In this document: in pieces, positions 31,750 through 40,839 of the stretch
How positions within the stretch are numbered: the stretch's first letter is position 1
Layout: the number at the start of each line of letters is the position of its first letter
Source of the DNA: Gammaproteobacteria bacterium
Lineage (GTDB): Bacteria; Pseudomonadota; Gammaproteobacteria; Ga0077536
NCBI GenBank assembly: GCA_963662545.2
Contig: CAXXLL010000002.1
Span: 1,056,001 to 1,120,000, forward strand
Direction: 5' to 3'
DNA length: 64,000 bases
Position numbers and translations under genes: made by a program
The notes under the pieces: generated by a model
Database searches by the model: none
What the model saw: only the letters and a program-made list of their open reading frames with translations
What the model was told of the DNA's origin: nothing

Positions 31750-32319
31750 TCAGCCGCGGCGCAGCGACCAGGACACGAGATACGCGGTGGAGCCGGTTCC
31801 TTGCGCCGGGGCAACGCCCGTCAATTGGGCCTTTTCGGTGCTGTCGGGCGAGGACAACAGAGACAGCGATGCGGCCATTGCCTCAATCCAGGATGCGGGA
31901 TTGGTCTCCACTGCGTCGCCGAGGGCATCGACGAAGCGGCCATGACCTTCCAATCGGTGCGAAAACCGGCCGCTTCGAAAATCGTGGATGCCGAGGTAAT
32001 CGCGCCTGAACGCGTATTGCAGTGCAATCTGTTCAACCAGGAAGCGATTGGAATCGAAGCTCAGGCCGAACACGAGGTCTATGCGGTGTGTGCGGAAATC
32101 ATCTTCCAGTGACGACAGGCAGCGCGAAGGATCGACGTCGATCGCTTCGACATGGCGTCCACACATTGTCGCGAACCGTCGCGTGTCGTCGCAAACAGTG
32201 TCCGTCACCACGCGCAAGCGCCGCTCTTCGCCGAAACTTCCGAGCTTGGGACCAGCAGACAAGGGCAAGCTCATTACAATCAGCGAAGACTGCAGGAATG
32301 CGCGTCGCGTCGCCGCCAA
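31750..32319 (-). CDS. Tat-signal accessory protein (PchX-like by position)
   Basis: TRRAFLQSS twin-arginine motif, C-terminal LVSWSL. First gene of the flavocytochrome operon. Confidence 0.6.
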   Translation of the reverse strand: MAATRRAFLQSSLIVMSLPLSAGPKLGSFGEERRLRVVTDTVCDDTRRFATMCGRHVEAIDVDPSRCLSSLEDDFRTHRIDLVFGLSFDSNRFLVEQIALQYAFRRDYLGIHDFRSGRFSHRLEGHGRFVDALGDAVETNPASWIEAMAASLSLLSSPDSTEKAQLTGVAPAQGTGSTAYLVSWSLRRG

Positions 32320-32402
32320 ACGACTACCCCCGGGATTAATGGTGGCAGAATTATGCCAGATTCATCGAACGATCTGGTGACCTGCTGCCCGGTTAGAATA
32401 GT

Positions 32403-33179
32403 GTGGACATGGATGAACTCCCCCTGGCGGACGAACTGAAATCATTTGCACACGGCGCGGTGAGCGCGGTGGAGGGGGCCCTCATCGTCGCCAGGATGGT
32501 GCGGCCCGACACCGATGTCGAGTGGTGCCGCGACGAATTGCGCCGCCTCGGCGGCGCGGTGGGATCCGGCGCCGCGCCGGCAGAACTCGTCGAATATCTT
32601 CGCGCACAGGGTTTCGCGGGCGCGGAGGCCTATTACGAAACCGATAACAGTTCGCTCGAGTGCGTACTCAGGACGCGGCGCGGGATTCCCATCACGCTCG
32701 CGATGGTAGTCGTCGGCACCGCGGAATGTCTCGGGATGACGGCGGTCGGGATCAATTTCCCCGGCCATTTCATGGTGTCCCTCGACGGCTGTTTGTTCGA
32801 TCCCTTCAAGATGCAGCCGATCGACGCCGCGGGGCGCCGTAAATGGCTGACCTGGAGCGGTGCCGAGGAGGAAAACGCCTTCGAGTACGCGACACCCGTC
32901 GACGTTGTTCAGCGGATGTTGAACAATCTGCGGGCCCTCGCCCGGTCGCGCGGCGATCACGAAGCGGCGCTGGAACTGACCGAATACCAGCTCATTGTTA
33001 CGCCGGATCCGTTGCCGATTCACGTCGATCGCGCCGAGTTATGGGCGGCGCTGGGCGCGATGGAGATGGCGAGGCGCGAACTCGAATGCGCCCTTGCGCT
33101 CGCGCCGGACGCCGCGCTCAGGGCGCAGCTCGAAGAGCGCCTGCTCGGGCTCGGTGCATCCGGACCCACGCTGCACTGA
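32403..33179 (+). CDS. SirB1/YchA-family transglutaminase-like TPR protein
   Basis: YYETDNSSL..VLRTRRGIPITLA, GINFPGHFMV, RMLNNLR. Confidence 0.88.
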   Translation: MDMDELPLADELKSFAHGAVSAVEGALIVARMVRPDTDVEWCRDELRRLGGAVGSGAAPAELVEYLRAQGFAGAEAYYETDNSSLECVLRTRRGIPITLAMVVVGTAECLGMTAVGINFPGHFMVSLDGCLFDPFKMQPIDAAGRRKWLTWSGAEEENAFEYATPVDVVQRMLNNLRALARSRGDHEAALELTEYQLIVTPDPLPIHVDRAELWAALGAMEMARRELECALALAPDAALRAQLEERLLGLGASGPTLH

Positions 33180-33258
33180 TCTAACATGCGTTGATAGCCC
33201 CCGCGTCTTGCGATTAGGATGTGGATCTTAAGATCACGCCAAGCGGAGGAGATGCGTA

Positions 33259-33972
33259 ATGGCCTTTGCACCCATCTATCCACACGACCCGATCGAAGAG
33301 ATCGCCGAGGACGTTTTCATGGTGCGCGGCTGTATCCGCATGAACGCCCTGATGACGATCACGCGCAACATGGCCGTCGTGCGAAACGACGGGGAGCTCA
33401 GCTTGGTCGACCCTCTTCGCCTCGACGAGGCGGGGGAAAAACAGCTCGAAGCACTCGGGCAGGTCAAGCACATGCTGCGCCTCGGCTGCTTTCACGGCCT
33501 GGACGACCCTTACTATGTCGAGCGTTACAAGCCCGCTCACTGGTGTCAGCCGGGCGGCACGACTTACACGGAACCCGCCATCGATCACGAACTGACCGCC
33601 GGCGGCGAACTGCCGTTCCCCGACGCCGAGTTGTTCTGTTTCGAAACCACGAAGCAACCCGAATCTGTCTTACTCCTGCGCAAGGGCGACGGATTACTGC
33701 TGACCTGCGACGCAATCCAAAATTACGGCGACTACCGTCACAACAACCTGCCGGCGCGATTGCTGATGCCTTTCATAGGCTTTCCCAAAACGACGCTCAT
33801 CGGTCCCCTGTGGCTCAAGGGTATGACACGCGAGGGCGGGTCGCTGAAAAGCGAGTTCGAACGCTTGCTGGATCTACGATTCGACAGTTTGCTGAGCGCA
33901 CATGGGAGTTTTCTACCGAGTGGCGCCCACGCGGCGGTAACCGCGGCGCTGAATCGAGCGTTTCCGGACTGA
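33259..33972 (+). CDS. Hypothetical protein, metallo-beta-lactamase-like (DUF4336-like)
   Basis: RNMAVVR, LGQVKH..RLGCFHGLDD, LLTCD, LLSAHG. Confidence 0.75.
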   Translation: MAFAPIYPHDPIEEIAEDVFMVRGCIRMNALMTITRNMAVVRNDGELSLVDPLRLDEAGEKQLEALGQVKHMLRLGCFHGLDDPYYVERYKPAHWCQPGGTTYTEPAIDHELTAGGELPFPDAELFCFETTKQPESVLLLRKGDGLLLTCDAIQNYGDYRHNNLPARLLMPFIGFPKTTLIGPLWLKGMTREGGSLKSEFERLLDLRFDSLLSAHGSFLPSGAHAAVTAALNRAFPD

Positions 33973-34063
33973 ATCGCGAAGAATCGACATTCGGGTTCCG
34001 CGCTTGGGCGGGACGGCCCGGCCGCGCCCGCTACGACGTCAAAAATGGAAAGGGATTCGCCGT

Positions 34064-35413
34064 TTGAGTGAGGATTCACAAGACGATGCCGTAAACGCCT
34101 CACCGGGCGTAGAAACCCAGATAGCCGAGGGCGCCGTTACGGGCCTGCAGCTTACGGTGCTCGCACTGTGCTGCACGATCAATGCCCTCGACGGTTTCGA
34201 TATCCTGGCGATCTCTTTCATCGCCGCGGAGATCGCTGACGAATGGTCGCTCGCTCCCGACGAACTCGGCCTGCTGTTCAGCGGCAGCCTCATCGGCATG
34301 ATGATCGGTGCGTTCACGATCGCGCCGCTGGCCGATCGATTCGGACGCAAGCCCGTTCTCATCGCGAGCCTCGGCTTGATCGCTACGGGCATGGTCGCGA
34401 CCAGCGGCGTGGCGTCGGCGCCCTGGCTGTTCATCGCGAGGGTGATCACGGGGTGCGGCGTCGGCGGCGTGTTACCGAACATCAATACCCTCGTCGCGGA
34501 ATACGCGCCCCTGAAACATCGCAACATGGCGATCAGTACGTTGATGATCGCCTATCCAATCGGTGCCATCCTGGCCGGCGTCATCGTCGCCTGGATAATG
34601 CCCGTATGGGGCTGGCGGGCGGTGTTTCTCGCGGGCGGTCTCGCGACCCTGGTCATTATGCCGCTGCTGTTCTTGCTGCTGCCCGAGTCCGTACATTTTC
34701 TGATCGATCGACGTCCGCGCGATGCGCTGTCGCGCGTGAATCGTATTCTCGCGCGAATGCATCTCGATCCAATCGAAGCAATGCCACCGCGCGAGGTCGC
34801 TGACGACGCGCCGCCGAGTGCGAGCGAACTGCTGGCGCCTGAATACCGGCGGCGTTTCTTGCTGCTGTTGACGGCGTTCTTCATGTGCACCTTGGTGGTG
34901 TATTTCGTGCTGAGCTGGACGCCCAAGATCATCATCGATGCGGGGATGGGTTCGGAACTCGGGATCTACGGCGGTACGATCCTGAACGCGGGCGGGATCG
35001 CGGCTACGCTCCTGATGGGTTACCTGTTCGGCCTGTACGGTTTACGCCGCGTGCTGGTCACGATTTACCTGCTGCAAGCGGGTTTGATGATCGTGTTCGC
35101 TTACGTCGTGGGCGGGCCGGTCTATCTGGTCCTGCTGATCACGGGCTTGCTGGGGGGGTGTACCCATGCCGGTATCGTGGGTCTGTACACCTGTTCGGCC
35201 TGGCTGTTCCCGACGCGTCTGCGCAGCACTGGCCTCGGCTGGGCGATCGGGCTCGGGCGGAGCGGGGCGGTGATCGGGCCTTACCTGGCCGGCCTTCTGA
35301 TGAGCTTCGGTTGGTCGCGCGAAGCGTATTTCATCGTGATGGGGACGCCCATCCTGCTCGCGGCGGTGGCGGTGTGGATGATCCCGTTTCCAAAAGTCGG
35401 CAGCTCGCATTGA
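34064..35413 (+). CDS. MFS transporter, aromatic acid:H+ symporter type
   Basis: LDGFDILAI, LADRFGRK, AEYAP, FPTRLRSTGLGWAIGLGRSG. Start uncertain. Confidence 0.9.
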   Translation: MSEDSQDDAVNASPGVETQIAEGAVTGLQLTVLALCCTINALDGFDILAISFIAAEIADEWSLAPDELGLLFSGSLIGMMIGAFTIAPLADRFGRKPVLIASLGLIATGMVATSGVASAPWLFIARVITGCGVGGVLPNINTLVAEYAPLKHRNMAISTLMIAYPIGAILAGVIVAWIMPVWGWRAVFLAGGLATLVIMPLLFLLLPESVHFLIDRRPRDALSRVNRILARMHLDPIEAMPPREVADDAPPSASELLAPEYRRRFLLLLTAFFMCTLVVYFVLSWTPKIIIDAGMGSELGIYGGTILNAGGIAATLLMGYLFGLYGLRRVLVTIYLLQAGLMIVFAYVVGGPVYLVLLITGLLGGCTHAGIVGLYTCSAWLFPTRLRSTGLGWAIGLGRSGAVIGPYLAGLLMSFGWSREAYFIVMGTPILLAAVAVWMIPFPKVGSSH

Positions 35414-35434
35414 CTCGGATCGGCGCTTACGAAG

Positions 35435-35566
35435 TTGTAAAAATTCTTGACAACCGTAGAGATCGGGCAGAATCCGGTTTAAGTATTTGAAATATCTCGT
35501 ATTTCGGAGGCGCCGGCGGTGTTTCTGCGCGGCCCGGTGCACGGAAACTGTCAAGATTTTTTACAA
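35435..35566. promoter_or_regulatory. AT-rich segment bounded by 18-bp inverted repeats, each containing TTGACA
   Basis: TTGTAAAAATTCTTGACA (35435-35452) and TGTCAAGATTTTTTACAA (35549-35566), 1 mismatch. Confidence 0.55.
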
Positions 35567-35738
35567 ATAGCGCAGGGCCCTCGTATGGGCAAGATCGCAA
35601 GGTCTTGAAAAGTGGGAAAATTACCGTTTGGCGCGTTTCTTGCAAATAAATTATGACTAAAATCAAGGCCTCGCGTGGAAATCGAGGTAGATCTGAGTGT
35701 AAAACGCCAACCCACGGCTGCCAGCAAAGGGGACGATC

Positions 35739-36536
35739 ATGACGGACAAAGACCCTCATCTCACCATCGAGAACGACGAAAACAGCGAGAAAAGTCCCCC
35801 AACTGGCGGCGACTCCGCCGGCGAGCGCCAGAAAACCTTCAGCCGCCGCGCGCTGCTGGAAGCGGGCTGGAGCGTGCCGCTGATAGCGGCCGTGCAGTTC
35901 CCGACCGACGCCTTCGCGGTGTCGATCCCGACGCACGAAGACTCCGCGGGACATTCCGACATCCCAGGGTCGCAGCACGACGACATGGCCCTCGAGCCAC
36001 ACGTGGATACCAACCCGCACGTCGACACCAGCCCGCACAGTGATGGTCCCATGCACAGCGACAGCTTCGAGCCGCATTCCGACGCGTCCACGCACGACGA
36101 TTTATTCAGTGGTCCTACCCACGTTGACATACCCTTTCATGCCGACGATCCGCCGGTGCCTCACAGCGATGGCCCCGATATTTTTCATGGGGATGCGAAC
36201 GCGCCAACGGCCGGGGGGCATGCAGACGATGCGGCCGCTCCGCACGGCGATAGCAATCCCCACTCCGACGCTTTCAATGTTCTGGTGGGACATGATGACG
36301 ACGCCGGCCACAACGACGACGTGACCCCGCACACGGATGCGTTCCATAACGACACCAACCCGCACAACGACAATACGCACAATGACGGCCTGGTGCACTC
36401 TGACTTCGGAACCCCGCACGGTGACAGCGGAACGCCGCACGGCGACACGCCAGAAGTACCGCATGATGACGTCGTGACACCGACGCATAATGATGGGGCG
36501 CCGCATAACGACCATAACGACCTGATAACGACCTGA
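35739..36536 (+). CDS. Twin-arginine-leader protein with 29 His-x-Asp repeats
   Basis: AAGGGGA RBS. Leader FSRRALLEAGWSVPLIAAVQFPTDAFA. Every His after the leader is in H-x-D. Confidence 0.85.
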   Translation: MTDKDPHLTIENDENSEKSPPTGGDSAGERQKTFSRRALLEAGWSVPLIAAVQFPTDAFAVSIPTHEDSAGHSDIPGSQHDDMALEPHVDTNPHVDTSPHSDGPMHSDSFEPHSDASTHDDLFSGPTHVDIPFHADDPPVPHSDGPDIFHGDANAPTAGGHADDAAAPHGDSNPHSDAFNVLVGHDDDAGHNDDVTPHTDAFHNDTNPHNDNTHNDGLVHSDFGTPHGDSGTPHGDTPEVPHDDVVTPTHNDGAPHNDHNDLITT

Positions 36537-36586
36537 TTGGGAACGTGCCCCACGGCGACGCCTGATATACAGAACTCGACGCGGAA

Positions 36587-36614
36587 CACGCGCCCCGGTT
36601 ATCCGGGGCGCGTG
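36587..36614. terminator. GC-rich hairpin downstream of the HxD gene, between convergent genes
   Basis: CACGCGCCCCGG-TTAT-CCGGGGCGCGTG perfect 12-bp stem. No clear U-tract. Confidence 0.55.
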
Positions 36615-36706
36615 ACGAATGATACGGAGGTCACAGCCAAGCTGTTCTCGGTACATCCATGTACCGGGAACAGACTATCGAAAAATGCCGTTTTTTTAAC
36701 AGCCCC

Positions 36707-37576
36707 TTAGGGCGCGAGTGCCTCCAGCGCGTCCCAATCGGGTCCCGGCTCGCCGTCGGGTCTGATCGCCTGGATCACGACCTGGTCCGCGCCCTTGTCG
36801 AAATATTCCTTGAGCCCCGCCTTGATCTGATCGGCGTCGCCCCAGAGCACCATTGCATCCATCAGCCGATCGCTGCCGCCGTTTTCGAGGTCGCTCTTCT
36901 CGAAGCCCAGGCGGAACCAGTTGTTGTAATAGTTCGGCAACGGCAAGTAGACGCCGAGCGCCGCACGCGCGGCGGCCCGGGCCTTAACGGGGTCGCTGCA
37001 CAGGCAAACCTTTTGCTCGCAGATGATCGCCCCCTCGGACCCCATGTATTCGCGTGACAGCGTCGCCTGCTGCGGCGTGATGTTATAGGGGAAGGTGCCG
37101 AGCGTGCGCTCCGCCGACAGCTTCGACATGTTGGGGCCGAGCGCGGCGAGTACGAGTTGCTTTTTATCGGGTGTACTGCCGAGTGCCTTCCACGCCTGGT
37201 CCATGCCATCGAGATAGGCACGCATCGTCGCCACGGGTTTCTTGTATTCGTGGCCGCGCACGTCGGCTACCAGCGGCGCGTGCGAGACGCCGAGCCCGAG
37301 CACGAAACGCCCGCCGTAGAGCGCGTTCAAGGAGTTGTGCCCCATCGCCGCGGCGGCGGGATCGCGCGCATAAATATTGGCGATGCCGCTCGCGACCTGG
37401 AGTTTCTCGCTGTGGCCGAGCAGGTAGCCGGCGATGGCGAAGGTCTCGTAGTTAAAAGCCTCGGGATACCACAAGGTCGAATAACCGAGGTCCTCGACGC
37501 GACGGGGCAGTTCCGCGCACTGGTCCGCGTCGAGTACGTCGGCGAAGGCGAAGACGCCGTATTTTCCGAATTTCAT
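36707..37576 (-). CDS. LLM-class, F420-dependent-type oxidoreductase
   Basis: SGIANIYARDP, FVLGLGVSHAPLV, LAALGPNM, YLPLPNYYNNW. Confidence 0.88.
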   Translation of the reverse strand: MKFGKYGVFAFADVLDADQCAELPRRVEDLGYSTLWYPEAFNYETFAIAGYLLGHSEKLQVASGIANIYARDPAAAAMGHNSLNALYGGRFVLGLGVSHAPLVADVRGHEYKKPVATMRAYLDGMDQAWKALGSTPDKKQLVLAALGPNMSKLSAERTLGTFPYNITPQQATLSREYMGSEGAIICEQKVCLCSDPVKARAAARAALGVYLPLPNYYNNWFRLGFEKSDLENGGSDRLMDAMVLWGDADQIKAGLKEYFDKGADQVVIQAIRPDGEPGPDWDALEALAP

Positions 37577-37609
37577 GAGATTTTTCCCTATTGATGTTTC
37601 GTTCGCGGT

Positions 37610-38311
37610 TCAGTTTGCCGCGCCGCTCCTGAACGCCTGTGCCGACAGGCCCTGTGCCGTGCCGCTCGCGTAAGCGGTATAACGGGGCACGAACCATTCG
37701 AGGTCGTGCGCGGTCGCTGCCGCGGCAGGGCGTTGGATCATCGTGTCGAGCCAGCGCCGCAGCCGCTTGCACGATGCCGGCATCGTCACCTCGCGATAAT
37801 AGTTGAATACGGGCAGGCGTTCGAAGAAGGGATACAGGGCGAGATCCGCCAGCGACAATTCCGCTCCCAGCCAGAAAGGACCTGCGCCCTGGTTCGCTTC
37901 GAGGCGGCTTTCGAGATACCGCATCCCGTCCTCGACGGCGGCGCGCAATCGTTTCCGGTCGGCCGGGTCTTGTTCGAAGAGAAGCTTGTACAAGCTCGCG
38001 AGAAAGACGTTGTCGAAATGACGAATTTCGTTACGCATCACGGCGCGGCCGCGTTCCTCGGCGGGCCTTAAGGCGGGTCCCGCAAAGCTTGCATCCAGGT
38101 ACTCGTTGATCGTCGCCGATTCCCACAGGATGAATTCGCCGTGACGGATCACGGGGACGCGTTCGGCGGGCGTCAGCTCGAGAAACCAGCCGGGCTTGTC
38201 ATCGATGTCGATCTCGATCGATTCGTGCTCAATCGCCTTTTCCCCGAGCAGTATCCGCGTGCGCTGGGCGTAGGGACAGACTTCGGCGGTATAAAACGTG
38301 AGATCGTTCAT
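37610..38311 (-). CDS. Glutathione S-transferase (omega-like, CPYA)
   Basis: VCPYAQRTRI, RVPVI, WESATINEYLD, LSLADLALYPFFER. Confidence 0.92.
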   Translation of the reverse strand: MNDLTFYTAEVCPYAQRTRILLGEKAIEHESIEIDIDDKPGWFLELTPAERVPVIRHGEFILWESATINEYLDASFAGPALRPAEERGRAVMRNEIRHFDNVFLASLYKLLFEQDPADRKRLRAAVEDGMRYLESRLEANQGAGPFWLGAELSLADLALYPFFERLPVFNYYREVTMPASCKRLRRWLDTMIQRPAAAATAHDLEWFVPRYTAYASGTAQGLSAQAFRSGAAN

Positions 38312-38362
38312 GCGGGGTCTCCAGGAATTTCACATCGGCTCGCGTCGCGATCCCCGCGACGG

Positions 38363-39172
38363 TCAGGGCTTGACGAACTTCAGGGTCATCCGATCGCTCT
38401 CGCCGATGGCAGTGTACTTATCCCTGTCCTTATCGCCCGTGCGGAAATTCGGCGGCAGCGTCCACACGCCTTCCGGGTAATCCTTGGTGTCCTTCGGATT
38501 CGCATTGACCTCACTCGAGGCAAGCCATTTGAATCCGGCGGCTGCGGCCAGGCGCTTCGCCTCGCTTTCGGCGAGATAGCCTTTCCTGGCCCACGCCTTG
38601 CCGGTCATGTGGTCTTTGCCGCGATGCGCCACGAGACCGAGGGTACCCCCGGATTTTAATGCCTCGAACATCGCCTTGAACATCGCGTCGGCGCGATCTC
38701 CCCGCACCCAGTTGTGGAGGTTGCGGAAGGTGAGCACCATGTCGGCCGATCCGGCAGGCGCAGCCCGTAGCGATGCCGGCGGCGTCAAGGCCGTCACGAT
38801 GACTTTGTCGTAGACATCAGGATGCGCGGCGAGCTTGTCCTTGAACTTCCGCGCATTTTTCCGATAGTAATCGACACCCGTGCTACCGTCGTAGTTTGCC
38901 GCGTAGAGGGTGCCTTTCTCGCGCAGGTAGGGCGCGAGCACTTCCGTATACCAGCCGCCGCCGCCCGGCCAGATCTCAACGACCGTCATGTCGGGGCGGG
39001 TGCCGAAGAACTCGAGCGTTTCGAGCGGGTGGCGAAATGTATTTCGCGCGATGTTCACGGCCGAACGGTGTTCGCCCGTGATCGCGTCCGCGAGCGTCAC
39101 GGCGTCGCCGCCAGCAGCGGATTGAGCAATCATGAACAAACCGGACATGAGCACGATCGCGTTGAACTTCAT
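38363..39172 (-). CDS. Secreted SAM-dependent methyltransferase-like protein
   Basis: Signal peptide, RHPLETLEFFG, VVEIWPGGGGWYTE, LTFRNLHNW, IGESDRMTLKF. Confidence 0.9.
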   Translation of the reverse strand: MKFNAIVLMSGLFMIAQSAAGGDAVTLADAITGEHRSAVNIARNTFRHPLETLEFFGTRPDMTVVEIWPGGGGWYTEVLAPYLREKGTLYAANYDGSTGVDYYRKNARKFKDKLAAHPDVYDKVIVTALTPPASLRAAPAGSADMVLTFRNLHNWVRGDRADAMFKAMFEALKSGGTLGLVAHRGKDHMTGKAWARKGYLAESEAKRLAAAAGFKWLASSEVNANPKDTKDYPEGVWTLPPNFRTGDKDRDKYTAIGESDRMTLKFVKP

Positions 39173-39254
39173 GAGCACGCTCCAGGGTAGACAGGCGGGC
39201 AGTATACGCATTTCGAACCGCTGAGAAACGTCCATTGTCGTCAGCACGATTCCA

Positions 39255-39650
39255 TCAGTCGCTCAGCATATAGGTGACTGTTGCCACGGCGATTTCCTCG
39301 CCGGCATCGGTCGTCACCGCGACGTGAGCGACACAGATCTTGCGTCCACGGCGGCGTACCGTCGCGGTCGCGATCAGGTCGAGCGCCGTCGCTTTGCGCA
39401 GAAAGTTGATTGAGAAGCAGACGGTCGCGCCGCGCGCGTCAGGGTCGATATCCGGATGTGACCAGAAGGCGCAGACGGCCGCGACGTCGACGAGCGAGCT
39501 GATCGCGCCGCCGTGCATGCGGTCGAGCCCGAGATAGGCCCGGTAGGGTAGGCACAGAACCGCGCGATCCTGCGCTGATTCGACCAGCTTGATGCCGAGA
39601 TGCTGCGGGTAAGGCTCGCCTTCGGCGATCGTTTTGACGCGTTCCAGCAT
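39255..39650 (-). CDS. PaaI-family thioesterase
   Basis: MHGGAISSLVD, SINFLR. Confidence 0.88.
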   Translation of the reverse strand: MLERVKTIAEGEPYPQHLGIKLVESAQDRAVLCLPYRAYLGLDRMHGGAISSLVDVAAVCAFWSHPDIDPDARGATVCFSINFLRKATALDLIATATVRRRGRKICVAHVAVTTDAGEEIAVATVTYMLSD

Positions 39651-39816
39651 GGCGAGTATTCCGCATGGCTATCGATCGTCCGATCCCGCCGCGCCGTTTC
39701 GGCCGGATCGGGATCGAAAGGCGGCCAGCCTACCATCTTCCGCGCCCGCCCATCCGCGGCGCTCGGCATGTCGGTCCGAATCGAATTGCCGCGTCGCGTC
39801 GTTTTGAGCTGCCTAA

Positions 39817-39977
39817 CAGACTGTTGAAAAACTTGTTTTTCGACAACCTGTGCCCGGCACAGGGATGTGCCGGCGTCAATCGAGCACGCTATGTGCTTGA
39901 TTGATGGAGCAAGACGGAAACCGCGTTTTCGTCTTGCGAGTTGAAAAACGATAAGGACATCGTTTTTCAACAACCTG
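39817..39977. mobile_element. 161-bp MITE, family B
   Basis: IRs CAGACTGTTGAAAAAC / GTTTTTCAACAACCTG. 4-bp duplication CTAA at 39813-39816 and 39978-39981. Confidence 0.8.
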
Positions 39978-40110
39978 CTAAGGCGCCGCGCAAGTTGAGA
40001 TGAGCGGAAACCAGTCGGGTGTCGAAAACCCTGGTTTTCAACGGCCTGTCAAACGGGCGCCGTCACCACGTCCGGCGCACGCCGCCCGTTTGTGTTGGAA
40101 ACGCTTGCCC

Positions 40111-40551
40111 CTACCACCGCCCGCCGAGGTTGTACCCGAGTACCGCCCCCAACGCGGTCGCAGCGAGATTACCGCTGCCCTTGCCAACCTGCGAGCCGGC
40201 CCAGCCGCCCAGCGCGCCGCCGATGGCCTGGCCGACCGAGGGCGCGTAGGAGCTACGGGCACCCGCGTAACGCGAGCCGTAGCCGCCGTAGACTGGTGCG
40301 GCACGATACTGGGGCGCATAGGGTTGGCCGTAAGCGTAGGATCCCTGCTGGTAAGCGGGTCCCGCGTACGGGCAATGGTGCCCTTGGCCGGATGGAAGCT
40401 GCTGTTGGTTGTAGTGGTAGTAATGGTGATGTTCGTGCTTCACCACGCCATGGTTTTCATGATCCGCCATTACGGGCGCCGCGGCCATGGACAGGCCTAG
40501 AACCGCCGCTGCACCCAGCAGTGTCGAACGTTTGCTCAGAGTGTATTTCAT
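40111..40551 (-). CDS. Secreted glycine-zipper 2TM domain protein
   Basis: AAGGAG RBS, signal peptide, GQAIGGALGGWAGSQVGKGSGNLAATALGAVLG. Confidence 0.85.
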   Translation of the reverse strand: MKYTLSKRSTLLGAAAVLGLSMAAAPVMADHENHGVVKHEHHHYYHYNQQQLPSGQGHHCPYAGPAYQQGSYAYGQPYAPQYRAAPVYGGYGSRYAGARSSYAPSVGQAIGGALGGWAGSQVGKGSGNLAATALGAVLGYNLGGRW

Positions 40552-40839
40552 CGTCGACTCCTTAAGCGTTCGAGATGTCTCGAACGAGTCTTGGTATTTC
40601 TATGAAGCATTATGCTCTGAGGCGACGGTAAGCGATGTGAGCTTAACGGCGCCTGAATCGGCGCGCGCCGTAGATTACGAGACACCCGGCGATCCCGGAA
40701 GAGTTAGCCCAATGCTTACCGACGCTTAGCCCGGGCTATTTGGTGGGTGTCCAGAATTCACCCGAGAATTTATCCAGAATTCACTCTCACGGTAGGTTCT
40801 AAAAAGGTGGGGGGAACGGGCGCCGGACCCGTTTAGCAG

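Noticed and set aside
36102-36656. Val/Met-rich antisense ORFs over the HxD gene
   Set aside because: They are the reverse-strand shadow of repeated CAC/GAC codons. The plus-strand ORF has the RBS, the leader and a downstream hairpin.
39374-39973. 199-aa ORF spanning the PaaI upstream region
   Set aside because: It reads through MITE B and overlaps the thioesterase out of frame. No recognisable motifs.
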